A DNA stretch of 63,400 nt, filler included, from Vannella sp. (Eukaryota), in assembly GCA_023345925.1 (NCBI GenBank). It is 4 parts of 4 records of this genome, joined end to end, with 100 filler letters (N's around TTAATTAATTAA, not from the genome) between each part and the next. Parts side by side here need not be neighbours in the genome. Positions count along the whole stretch, not along the records: positions 22,043 to 53,975 come from JAJQQN010000140.1; positions 54,076 to 63,400 come from JAJQQN010000078.1; 2 more parts are not named here. One strand, given 5' to 3'. The notes beneath the pieces are model-generated. The model was not told the DNA's origin. It searched no databases and saw nothing but the letters and a program-made list of their open reading frames with translations. Both the position numbers and the translations under genes were made by a program. Position 1 is the first letter of the stretch. Each line of letters begins with the position of its first letter. Positions 48,898-59,838 of the stretch are shown here, in pieces.

Positions 48898-50252
48898 ATG
48901 CCGGAAGGACCCGAGATCTTTGCGATGTCTCGAAGGATCAACGAGTGTAAGGAATAGAGAGACCATAAGATAGGCTCATGTGGAGTTAGTTTCAAAAGGG
49001 CGCATCTATGAAGCGGTCATCCGCAATCCCGTCCACAAAAGCCCTGAGATCGTCATCCCCTTCGAACTCTTCTTCCTGTCGGCTGAATCCCGAGGAAAGG
49101 TTGGGGTTGTTAGCCTAGATTGGCAGCTCTGACGTGCTTTAGGAGCTTCGACTGACCATAACAAGCGCGAAGAGCCCCTCTGAGGAGCTGCACGTGGCCA
49201 TGGGGATGGGAATGGTTCGTCTGCCAAGTGCACTGAAGAGAGGCCACTCATATGCATTAGACCGGAACATGGGCATTTCTAGACGCCAAAGCAGAGGAGG
49301 AGAACAGTGACATTGACTCGCTGATACCCAAACACGCTCATCTTCGGTTCCGTTCCACGGATGGTTCTCTTGCCATGTATGCTGATCCGCCAGACTCCAG
49401 TCAGTTCGATTGACTTCCCTAGGTTCGTGGACTCTCGTCGCTTCGGACGATGGCGAATGGGATCCTGGGATTCCAGCCGCTCTCCAGACCCGAGAGTAGA
49501 GTTTGAGGATTTCTGTGAGCACATGCTGGATCTCTTCCGACAGCCCTCCGCGCTTCGTTCAGTCAAGGCGTTGCCCATTGGTGAAGCACTCCTAAAGCAG
49601 GAGTACTTCAATGGAATTGGGAATTATCTGAGAGCGGAAATCTTGTATCGAGCCAACATCCATGTGAGTCACTCCGTCCGTCCCATAGAAGGGTGTTCTG
49701 ATGATGCAGTAGCCTTTGGAGAAGATGTTCGATGCGCTTCTGGTGAAAGAGCCTCTCCCGAAAGATTCACTCAAACCCAGTCTCATTGAGAACTGGCAGC
49801 GTTTTGACTTCCGAACAAGTCTAGTGATGCGGTTATGCCGGGATGTGTGCCAGGAGGTAGTTGAACTTCAGAGTTCGAGCTGTCCAAAGGGTGATTGGTT
49901 CCAATGCTATCAAGTCAAGTCAGCGTTGTGCCTTAAGGACCGACAGGGCCGGTCTATGTGGTATCATTCATCACAAAGAAGAGTAGCGCCCAAGCCAACC
50001 CTCAAAGAAGTGAAAGAGAACTTGCCCATCAAGACTGAAGGACAATCCCCCAAGAAAAAGACTTCCTCTCCGTCCAGAAGCTCCGACCCAGAGGAACGCT
50101 TTGTCCCAACAAAACTCCGATCAATGAGGCTGGCTCTCCAAGAAAGTGCCACTGAACCGACAAGCCCTCTCGTTCCCACAAAGAAGAAGCGAACTCGCCA
50201 GTCCGCGGACACTTCCAAGCCTTCCTCAAAGAGGCCCAAACACAATAACTGA
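48898..50252 (+). CDS. NEIL1: Endonuclease VIII-like DNA glycosylase
   Basis: MPEGPE N-terminus, SRGKEL, GMGMTG, PKHAHLRF, FVDSRRFGRW, H2TH ALLKQEYFNGIGNYLRAEILYRA, DRQGRSMWY. About five introns. Confidence 0.92.
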
Positions 50253-50312
50253 ATACTCCGTGAACTAAACCAACCGTTGACTTGATTGGGTCACTTTCCC
50301 GCCGACCTTATC

Positions 50313-51472
50313 ATGAAGCGTGCGAGCTGCGTGGAACGTTTCTCTTCGCTCTATCAACGCTATCTTGAAGTGCCTTCTGTTACTTCTGCTACGTTGTTGC
50401 CTGGAGGAGTGGTACAAGTCCAACAGGCGCAAGGGTCTCTCAGTCAGGAGACCTCCCGCAAGTTCATGCAAAGCTTTGTCCGTGTGGGGGAAGCGTTTGC
50501 CCCTGCAGGCTTCCCTTCTCAGCTCTCTGAACAAGTGAAGCACTATGAGTATTCCCCTTCTCGTAAGCATGTGGCTATCGTGCGCAAGACAGGAGACAAC
50601 AAGGACGTCATTGAGGTGAGCCTCTTTTCTTGGTTGGTAAACGGAGTTCACTAACGCAAGCAATAGATTTGGGATGAACATCGCTTGCTTAACGTTGTCC
50701 ACATGAAGAACTGCGGTGAGGATAAGGCAGAGCCTATCTGCGTGGACGAGTTCTTTGGCGGCATCAAGTGGGACAGGGACGAGAAGTTCCTTGTCTTCAC
50801 TACCACTCGCAATCCCTCTACCGAGTCCTATCCCTGGTACGAAGCCTCGAAGGGAGACAAGGTACCACAAGGTGAACAGTATCGTTGGGAAGAGAGCTGG
50901 GGAGACTCCCGAGACGATCTGTATTACACATCCTTGTGGGTTGCCGATGCCTTCGGCTCTGGCTCTGTGCAAGTCCGAAGGGTGCCAGATATTCCGCAAG
51001 AGTTGATCCCTGCCCACCCAATCTGGACTCCCAGTGGCCAAGGGATTGTCTTTACTGGGTCTAAGCGTTACGAACGCCGCATGGGGCATATCTACTGTTC
51101 CAATCGATCTTCTGCACTGTACTACACAAGGGTGGATGCAAAGGCTCTCCTGTCCTCCGAAGCTGTGAGCATCTCCTTGGCGTTGCTGACTGAGAACAAG
51201 AAGGAAGATTACGCGGCAACCTTCCCTACTTTCTCTCCTGACGGGTCTCATTTGGCCTACATTACTTCATCCTCAACCTTTGTTCACTCTGGATGCTCTT
51301 TGGTTCGAGTCCTGAACTGGAATCTTTCCAAGGACGAGAAAGAAGGAACTGCTGAGACTATCCTGGACACTAGCAACGATGCTGCAAGCATCGGTCTCTA
51401 TTGCAGAGCTCCTATGCAGAACTACTGGAGGGACAACCATTCATTGAGTCTCACAACCCACATTCTTTCCAG
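50313..51472 (+). pseudogene. Acylamino-acid-releasing enzyme (APEH, S9C) N-terminal beta-propeller only; catalytic domain absent
   Basis: LYQRYLEVPSV, YSPS, YRWEESWG, WTPSG, RRMGHIYCSNRSSALY, PTFSPDG. Intron 50616-50667. Donor GTTAGT at 51473 has no recognisable downstream exon, and no GxSxG hydrolase domain was found before the contig ends at 53975. Confidence 0.7.
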
Positions 51473-51548
51473 GTTAGTTAACCCGTTCTCCTGTTTATTC
51501 ATCTTGCTGCTGGGACTCGAATTTTTGCATCGAAAAGTGACTCGATTC

Positions 51549-51622
51549 GCCTTTATGGCTCAGTTGGCTAGAGCGTCCGGCTGTTAACCGGAAGGTCCGT
51601 GGTTCGAGCCCACGTAGAGGCG
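51549..51622 (+). tRNA. tRNA-Asn (GTT), no intron
   Basis: Acceptor stem GCCTTTA/TAGAGGC, A-box TGGCTCAGTTGG, anticodon arm TCCGG-CTGTTAA-CCGGA, T-arm GGTTCGAGCC. Followed by CCA and a T5 terminator at 51628-51632. Confidence 0.95.
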
Positions 51623-51649
51623 CCATCTTTTTCTCGCAGTCACACTTTG

Positions 51650-53699
51650 ATGAGCGGAATCCGTTCTCTGGTACGTCGAGTGTCTTCCTCGGCTTCTGTG
51701 CCCAATGCCATACATGGACAAGAGGAGGCGAAATGGCAAGTGGAAAGGGAAGAGTTGTTGGTTTCCCGGCTTGTACCAATGGCCGACGCTCCTCGAATGA
51801 ATGCCTCTCACATTCCCCCTCCCAAGAGTGCTTTGCTACTGGGACCTGCTGTGGAGCTTCCAGTGCATTGCGCCTTCCGCTTCACATCACGAGAGCGCCA
51901 GTATCGACACGGTGGCCTAAAGGCGGCCACCCCCAAACTCTTTGGTGTCCCGTTTGCTGGAGGCAAAGTACAGCCGTTCATCTGGGAAAGCAATCCCAGC
52001 GCCTTTCAAGAAGTCATCATGCTGGGGTCTCATTCCGACCACAACTTGCTAACGCAGATGATGCTTGTTGATTGGGACTTCATTCCCCCTGAAGTGGACT
52101 GTCTCGTCATGGGACTCCTCCTTCCATGTAACTACTACGCTCACTATGGCCAGTTCTCTGCCACTGGTCTACTTGAACTGCTTCCTGCTGACGCTGTGGA
52201 CGAGAATGAGTGGACCCGAAAGTATGACAATTGGCCTCATTGGGAGTCTTTTGGTGACTCTGGGGAATGTGCCGAAGTCGACTTGTTTCGTCCTGTGCCA
52301 GAACTTTTCGATTTGAGTGCGCTTTACAGTACTTATGTGTGTGCGAGTGAGGTGGGGTTCGTCAATAGCTACATTTGGGGCAAGTAGGTGTATTCTGAGT
52401 GTCTCCGCGCGTTTGATTCTAAGCGGTGAAAGATGCTATCGGGGGCAGAACAAGTCCTGGGAATTCCAGGCCATCAGGGAGCCTCTGACGGAGAGTAATC
52501 TGAGGAAGGCTGTTCCGTTGATGCGCCGTTTCCTCCCTGACAAAGCCATTCTTTTGAAAACCCTCTCCGAAAGGACTTTGTTCTTATCTACAACCGACCC
52601 CCTGGCTCAAGTAAGAGCATTCAATCCATGAGCCATTCTCGTATTCTCACAGAATGTGTGCAGCTTCGTATCCGTTGCTTTGTCAATGACCGATTCGGGC
52701 TTCCCTTAGTTGTGCCGCTGGTCGTTGAGCAACAGAGAAGAGGGTGAGCAACGGTCCCGTTCCTTTTGAGTTGTTCTTACGAAGCTGCAATCAGGTTCTT
52801 GCAGCTCTCTCTGACACAGTTTGAGTTGGCTGAATCTTCTTGTGTTTGGATTGTGTGGGAGGGAACTGCAGATACCTTTGGTATGGGTCCTTTGAAGTGG
52901 TAAGAGGGGGTCCTAATGGCCTTTTAGTCCTACTCCAGGTCGATGAATTGGAAGGAATCGAGTTTATGGGAGACCGGGGATGTCTATTGGCTCGTTTAAG
53001 TTGCTCTGGCCGGAGTGCGTCCACTTTTCCCATTCCAAAACAAAACATGTGGACTCTCTATCCCATCTTCCATGCTCTGGGAGACCGTTCGGCAGAACAG
53101 TCCATTGAAGAATCTCAACCTCGTGGAGCCACTCTCCAAGTTTTGATTGTTCGTGGGATTGAGTTGGACCCTGTTGAGAATGCCAGTTAAGTGAAACTCC
53201 ATGCATTCTGCTTCATCCACGCATCTCTCACATGAATGTATCAGCTATTTGTACCTTTGCTGAGATTGAATTCAATGGAAAGACTACCAAAGGGCCCACA
53301 AAGAAGAAAGCCAGTCCTTTATGGAACTACAGATCAGCTTGGTTGGTCTCTTGAACAGTTCATTCATTTACTGACGGTAGAAAAGGGATCTCGACACATT
53401 GTGGAGAGAATCTGACCGATTGATTCGGTTCCGTGTCTACAAAAAGGGACTTTCCGGTTGTGCATTGGTGTAAGGCACCAGTAACTTCTCTTCAGTCTCT
53501 CATTCTCTTTAGTGGGGAGGCCAAGTATGAGTTGGACCGAATGCGCGTCCCCTTCGAGGGTACACTCTCTCTAAGAACGCCAGATTCAAAAGCGAAGAAA
53601 GCTGCTCGTGGAAAGATCTTCATCAGTGTTTGGGTTGAGACTGCTCGGGAGCCATCCATTCCAGAACCGGAACTATCTATTCGCTTCAACATTGTTTAG
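51650..53699 (+). CDS. Hypothetical protein with divergent TerD-like region(s) and a C-terminal C2-like domain
   Basis: VDWDFIPPEVDCLVMG and YRGQNKSWEFQAIRE resemble TerD motifs. LQVLIVRG.EL, KKKASPLWN, IRFRVY..VGEA resemble C2. About seven short introns keep the frame open (e.g. 52880-52927). Confidence 0.55.
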
Positions 53700-53975
53700 A
53701 CATCATCCATTGCGCATCAGCACATTCCTCGTTTCAGCCCTCTGAGAAGTGGATCGATTCCTTTTCTAAACCATCATTCAGAGCCAGAGAGACTTGAAGC
53801 TGAAAGTTTGGCGATCTGTGGGGCATTCGTTAGTCCCCACATCTCTTCGTATTGTCACCCTCATGGGCTCTCTTGGCTATCCAAGGAGTCCATCCCTCTT
53901 TGCTTTCATAAAAAACAGGTGAATACGTTTCAAAAGCCGCCCGTCGATGATATGCTCCTCCATTCAGAGGCTTCA

Positions 53976-54075
53976 NNNNNNNNNNNNNNNNNNNNNNNNN
54001 NNNNNNNNNNNNNNNNNNNTTAATTAATTAANNNNNNNNNNNNNNNNNNNNNNNNNNNNNNNNNNNNNNNNNNNN
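53976..54075. other. Artificial contig linker
   Basis: N44-TTAATTAATTAA-N44. Confidence 0.97.
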
Positions 54076-54217
54076 CATCATGTACGGCTTCCTCACCACA
54101 CTCGCTCTCATGTTCATCCCCAAGATGTACGGCACCTTCAAGGACGGCTTCAAGAACAGCTCCGACCAAAGGGTGACTTCAAGTTCCGAGAGCGGCTTGA
54201 ACAGCGAAAAGCCTTAA
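54076..54217 (+). CDS. 3' end of a class C (GABA-B/metabotropic-like) GPCR (5' partial)
   Basis: IMYGFLTTLALMFIPKMY matches the TM7 'TL..F.PK.Y' signature, followed by a Ser-rich tail and stop. Confidence 0.65.
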
Positions 54218-54592
54218 GGTGCCCTTCCAGTTTGTTCCCTCTCTTGCCATTTCCTTTCTATTTTTATAAACTCCTTTCGTTGCAATCCATTGGCAGCCAA
54301 GGAAGGAAGTGTCCCACTGATAGAGAAGTGAAGTCTCTTCCACGAGCAGCGAGGGCATTTCGGTCCTCAAGGAGCCAGAAAGTGAAAAAAATGAAATCAG
54401 TCCAAAAGCTTATCCTGAAGAGATGGAGGTCATAAGGGCAAGCTACGAAAACACGAGTTCTGCCCCTTCGCTTGCGGATTTCTGTGAGGAGAGAGTTGGG
54501 ATTCAGACTCAACCTGGACGATACGAATCAGCTTTTTATATGTTTCAAAGAGGTCCACTTCTCAATCGTCAGTACCCAACAACAAAACTCTC

Positions 54593-55145
54593 TCAAATCA
54601 AGAGGGACTTGTCCGAGACCTTTCCGTGGTAAATGACCATTCCGGATGACTCGACAAAGGTTTCTTCGATGGCTTCGGCGGCTGCCATCAGTTGCTGCGA
54701 GAGGAGTGAGTGGTTTGGATGCGTTGGTGAAGGGGGAGACTCACTCTGATGTGCTCTGCGTTCTTTCCGTTGTCTCCGTAGACCTGGCAACATTCCATGA
54801 GAGTTCTTAATCCACCACACCAGCCAGGGCACACATTGGTGCAAGAGGAGGTCACCTAGCCTTGGTATCAGCACGGGGAGAGACGGGCTGGGGAAGAATC
54901 ACCTTAAGGATGGTTGCTGAAGCTCCCTCAGGCTGTGTAGCAATGACATGAATCCGATCAAGCCACCCACAGACAGGTGTTGAATAGACCAACTGAATCT
55001 CGGCCTTCTCCGCACTCCCAGCCGTCTGCCCGAGAACCGTGTAGTTGGGATCTCCCCGAACACTCCCCTGTATACGCTGGACCACAATCTGTGGGCTCGC
55101 CGCAGCTGTGTACCTCAGCGTCAGAGTGGGATGAGAGTTCCCCAT
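54593..55145 (-). CDS. Small hypothetical protein (possibly DUF1499-like)
   Basis: MGNSHPTLTL..IQLVYSTPVCGWLDRIHV, intron ~54902-54856, Cys-rich next exon. The 3' structure is uncertain. Confidence 0.4.
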
Positions 55146-55334
55146 GTCCCTCCCACAAAGCACCGAAGAACTGGCCTAAATGGCCATTTTTGATTCTTTG
55201 AATGGTGAATGATTTTGATTGGCCATCAAGTTGTCAAGTTTGATTCAAAACCAACCTTAAGTGGTCCCTCTGTGATAAAGAATGTTGTTTCAACCATTTG
55301 GAATGAATCTCATTTGATTTTGGGAAGGGAGCGG

Positions 55335-56690
55335 ATGAGGGCTCTGTTGATGGTGTTGTACTTGGGGGCGATTGGGTTGCGAATATGGGCATTCTCGAAT
55401 GACCACTTGTTCTTGGATCGACCAGAGTTGGTGACACCCCTTTCAAACATTAAGCGGGGTGAGTGGCCTTGGGATAGAGGCAGACGCTCCTGACACGTCT
55501 TCAAGTGAAGGAGGCTTTGTTCTTGGTAGAGACAGGTCTATCACCGTATGATGGTTCATCATTCCACCAACCTCCATTGGTCCTTTCTATCTTCCGCTTG
55601 CCCATTTACCTGGACATGTTGCCCGTTCTCTTCATTCTTCTTGATCTTTGGGCTGCGTACCTGCTCCGTAGGATCACTGATCTCTACAACAACACAGAGG
55701 AGGCAAAGCGAGATCGATTGTCCCCGCCGCCAGCTCTCATGGGCCACGCTGTCTCTCTTTTGTGAGTCTTCCTTCCAGTTGTGAGTCCTCTACTCACTAC
55801 TTGGTGATCAATAGGTACTTGTACCTCCCGTTCTCTTGGACAGCGAGCGCTGCCCAGTCCACGGCAATGATCGATAACCTGGCGATCCTCCATTCCCTCT
55901 ACTACGCCCTTCATGGCAAGTTCATCATCTCCAGCGTCTATCTTGCTAACACAGGTGTTTAGGGAACCTCTTCGCTGCCGTAGGCTCAGTCAGCCTTGCA
56001 ACATACCAAACAGTGTATCCCATTCAACTTTTGGCGCCCCTTTTCCTTCTCTTTCCCTCCAATAGGCCATCTTCCATTGCTTCTCTGTTTGTTAGCGTAC
56101 TAACGCTTCTCGTGTGTTTGTCAAAGACTGCCACAGGCTCGTGGCAGTGGGTTGACAAGTCCTACGGGTTCCTCTTTTCAGTGGTCGACTTGACTCCCAA
56201 CATTGGGCTGTTTTGGTACTTCCTTTTGGAGATCTTTACCCATTTCCGCACCTTCTTCTGTTGTGTGCTTCAGCTTAACTGCTTCTTGTACGTCGCACCG
56301 CTCACAATCAGCTTCAAACGACGTCCAGTTCTCTTATTCTGGCTGCTTGTCGCATACATGACCACTCTGAAGCCGTATCCATCCGCTGCAGATCTCGCTT
56401 TACAGTTTGGTTTGCTTCCGCTGTTCTATCCGCTCATCAGAGAGTTCCTGGTGCGATTCATTGTGATTGCCCAAGTGTATTTATACACTTTTGTCTTGAT
56501 GCCCATCGCCTGGTACGCGTGGCTTTACCAGGGATCTGGAAATGCCAATTTCTTCTACGGTACTACTCTGGCTATCGGTGGAGCCCAAATGTGGCTTATT
56601 GTGGAGATTCTCCATTTGTCACTTGAACGCCAATATCGCCGCAAGCATCTGCTCGTTCCCTTTGGTCCTAATCCTGTTAAATCACTCTAA
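55335..56690 (+). CDS. PIGU: GPI transamidase subunit PIG-U/Gab1
   Basis: RPELVTPLS..KR.KE, SPYDG..FHQPPL, DLTPNIGLFWYF, KPYPS, GSGNANFFY. Three introns. Confidence 0.93.
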
Positions 56691-56712
56691 AGTAAGCTTT
56701 AAGTAACGCTAT

Positions 56713-59686
56713 TCATGCCTCAAAGCAGCTGTTCGAAGATGTTTCACGGATGGGAGACTGAGTTTGTGTCAATTGGCTGTGGCAGTGGTCACACACTCTC
56801 GTTTGGTGATTGATCTTCAATCGAGGGATCTTTGACCTAAATTTAGTACTACAGTAGACTGGGTGAGGCTTCTGGAAAGGATTGGAGAGGAAGAAGAGGA
56901 ACTCACCATTTCTCACAGAAAACATTCCCGCAGTTGCGGCAATGATGCTTCCTTCGTATCTTTGTGAACTTCCGAGAGCAATTTGCGCATTCAGAGGCCC
57001 AGTGGTCAGGAACCCAAGGACGCTGAGGGGCACGCCCATCTTCGCTCTCGAGATCGTGATCTGCGGCTCGTCGGAGTGATTCTGCTTGATTCCGAATAAC
57101 AAAGAAAGATGCTTGTACTATGTCATACACTAATTCCTGCATAGTGACCTCCAGGGATGAAGGAACATCCTCTTGCGAGAGTGCCAGAAAAGAACTGTGT
57201 CTCAAAGGAGTCTCAGGGGAGGAGAGAAGGCGCAGACGCATAGAGTTCAGCTTTTTCTGTCGTTTTTCAATCTCATCCATCATGAGACGAAGGTGGTGGT
57301 CCTTTCCTTCCAAAGAAATGGCCTCAGCATCCCATCGAAGAAAATAAGATTCCCAGAACTCAATAGAACGGGATTTGACGGGAATTTGCAACACACCTCG
57401 ATACTCTGTAAAGAGAAGGTTGGTAAACCTCTGGCTGTTTGCAAGAATGTCGCTCCAAAGAGAGCAAGTCTTTGCAGTGTCGATAATCTCCATTCTCTCT
57501 TTCTGAGAGTTCCCCAGAAAGGTGCCAAATCTGCAATAGAAGAGTTCGTCCATAATGTAGACCAAAAGAGATTCGTTAAATTCAAAGGAGCAAGGGAAAT
57601 GAGCCACCAGTTGGTGAACCGCGTCCAACCATTGCAGGAAGACAGGCGAAGTTTCCGAACGACTGGCCCCAGGAGCATGACCGTGGCGGTCTGCAAACTT
57701 ATGGCCGAACTGAAGCCACTCTTTCTCGATGAGGCACAGAAATCCCTTTAAAGTTCGGAAGTACGGATCCAATGCCAGCTCTGCCAACCCACAAATCTGG
57801 GCTGTTCGGTCCCATCCATCACTACAATGCACAAGCACAGACTCATTTGCGGATATATACTGTTCCTTCCAGTGTTAGAGCGTGGAACTGGATACTTCAC
57901 ATTGTACCTACGTCAACTACAGTCTTTGCAGCAACCATTACCAAACGAGTATGCCTCATCCATCCTGTGGCCTCTAAGGAAGAGAGCCAGAGCCCGTCGT
58001 CTTTCTTCTTGAGCAGCTCAAACACCTTAAAGAGAGATTCCCTCATCGTATGGATGTTCTCGATGTTCATGAACTCAATCGTGCACTTCTTATACCGAGA
58101 ACCTTCGTATCCCGCTCCTCTGGCGTGATTTGCGTTCGCCGCACTCCGCCCGCGAGCATCCAAAATGCGAAGTCTCTTCGCCCCACTGTGGAGTGCCAGG
58201 ATGTGGCCCAAATAAGCTTCATCCCCTTCAGAATAGTGACCAGAAATACCCACTAGTGGCTGAGCACAACGGCTGATGGAGGCGGGCGAGTTTGGCCGTT
58301 TCCAGGCCAAGACGGGAAGGCGCCCTTTGCTTCGGAAGGCCAAAGTCTCCGTTAGTTGCTCTTCAGTGACTTGGGAGGGTATGCAGAGATACTGTGGGTA
58401 AGTGGGACAGCACTGGAAGTCCTTGTTTGCGTCTGTCAGCATCCAAATAGCCGTGGCTGGCGGAGGAAGGGGTGGTGGGGGTGGAATAAGTGCATTAAAG
58501 GGCAATTGGCGTTGGTACTGCGAGACAGGTGCTCTTCTGACAATAGAGAAGCTGCTTGATCGCCTTAGGATAGGCGATTGAGCTTGCCTTAGAGTCTGTT
58601 GTCGAGAGAGTCCCACCAAAGGAGCCCTTCCGTGATCTTGTGCTGCGCGTGCTCCTTTCCAAGGGACTTTTGGCAGCTGTGACTCTAACATACTCTCTTG
58701 GGGTTCGTCATCGCTATCAAGAGGACTCAGATATGCTGACTCGGAGCTATCAAAGGAGGATTCGTCTGTGAAGCTTGTCGCCAAGTCCAGTCCTCTCATT
58801 GCCGGTGCTGAGAGGGCAACGTTGTGGTTCCCTGATGCAGTGGTTGGGATCCCTTGGGACCTACTCATCCCGAAGCTACGCCGCTTTACAGGAGGATCAG
58901 GGGAGTCAGGGAGGGGCGCCACCTCTTTGGTTGGTCGTCGCGGAGCTGCTCGTCTCATCAGGCTTCCCACCATGAGCGCTCTTCTTACACGAGTCGTTTC
59001 TGTCTTCGCAGGAACGATCTCTTCAGGAGGAGAGGCGGAGGAGGGCGAGGGGAGATGGAGATTGAAAGAACGGAAAGGAGGGTGAATCCCCATCCTTCTG
59101 AACTCTGCTATCGGGTCAAACAACATCAAGCCCTCAGTGGGAGGTCTGTCAGCTTCTCTTGGGGGGATGTAGCGAAAGGCGAAGAGGTCGTCGAGTTCAG
59201 TGAGTGGAACTAGTCCTCGTAGAGAGCTCAGGAGGATAGCAGAGGCCTTGCTTTTACTAAAGGTTAGCTTGACACCTGGTCTGATCGTAAGTATCACAAA
59301 GCAAACGCGAAGGGCGACGCACAGCGCATATCTTTCGTGTAGAACTTGATTTGGCGCATGCTCTGACCCTCCACAGCCTTCTTTATGAAGGAAGAGATTG
59401 CCATTAGAGGTATCTGAACGATACAGTGACCGTGCGCTACTAGAGAGCCAGGAAGAAGCTCCTGAGAGACATGCAGCAAACGAAAGTTGGTGAGAAAGAG
59501 AACGCCAGAAGTAGCACGGCTCTCCGAGGTGCGCAGAAGTAAGGAAACACGTTTCACAAACACTACAACCTCTTCACCTCCCCACAGAGGCAATATCCCC
59601 TGCAAGTCGCGCCGTTTGGCGTATCCCGTATCCTTCAGCTCGTCCATTCGAACAGGAGAGTGACCAAAAGAGCTTTCCTCGGTCAT
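56713..59686 (-). CDS. Myotubularin-related phosphoinositide 3-phosphatase with PH-GRAM, coiled coil and FYVE domains
   Basis: LFLTNFRL (GRAM), [60 protein letters not shown]. Confidence 0.93.
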
Positions 59687-59838
59687 TCCTCCCAAAGCTT
59701 CAGCTCCTCGACGGAGGCGGAGATCAACCAATGAGAGGAGACCGATAAAGGGAAATGTGCCCAAAATAGGAGATCAAGAAACTAACTTATGGACCAGGTT
59801 CATTCAATAATGTATTGTGATGATAACGCCTCGTATTA

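Noticed and set aside
50265..51251. 328-aa minus-strand ORF
   Set aside because: Antisense to APEH, which has clear homology and an intron on the plus strand.
54423..54632. 69-aa plus-strand ORF after the GPCR stop
   Set aside because: No recognisable motif and no convincing splice path from the GPCR exon. Left uncalled.
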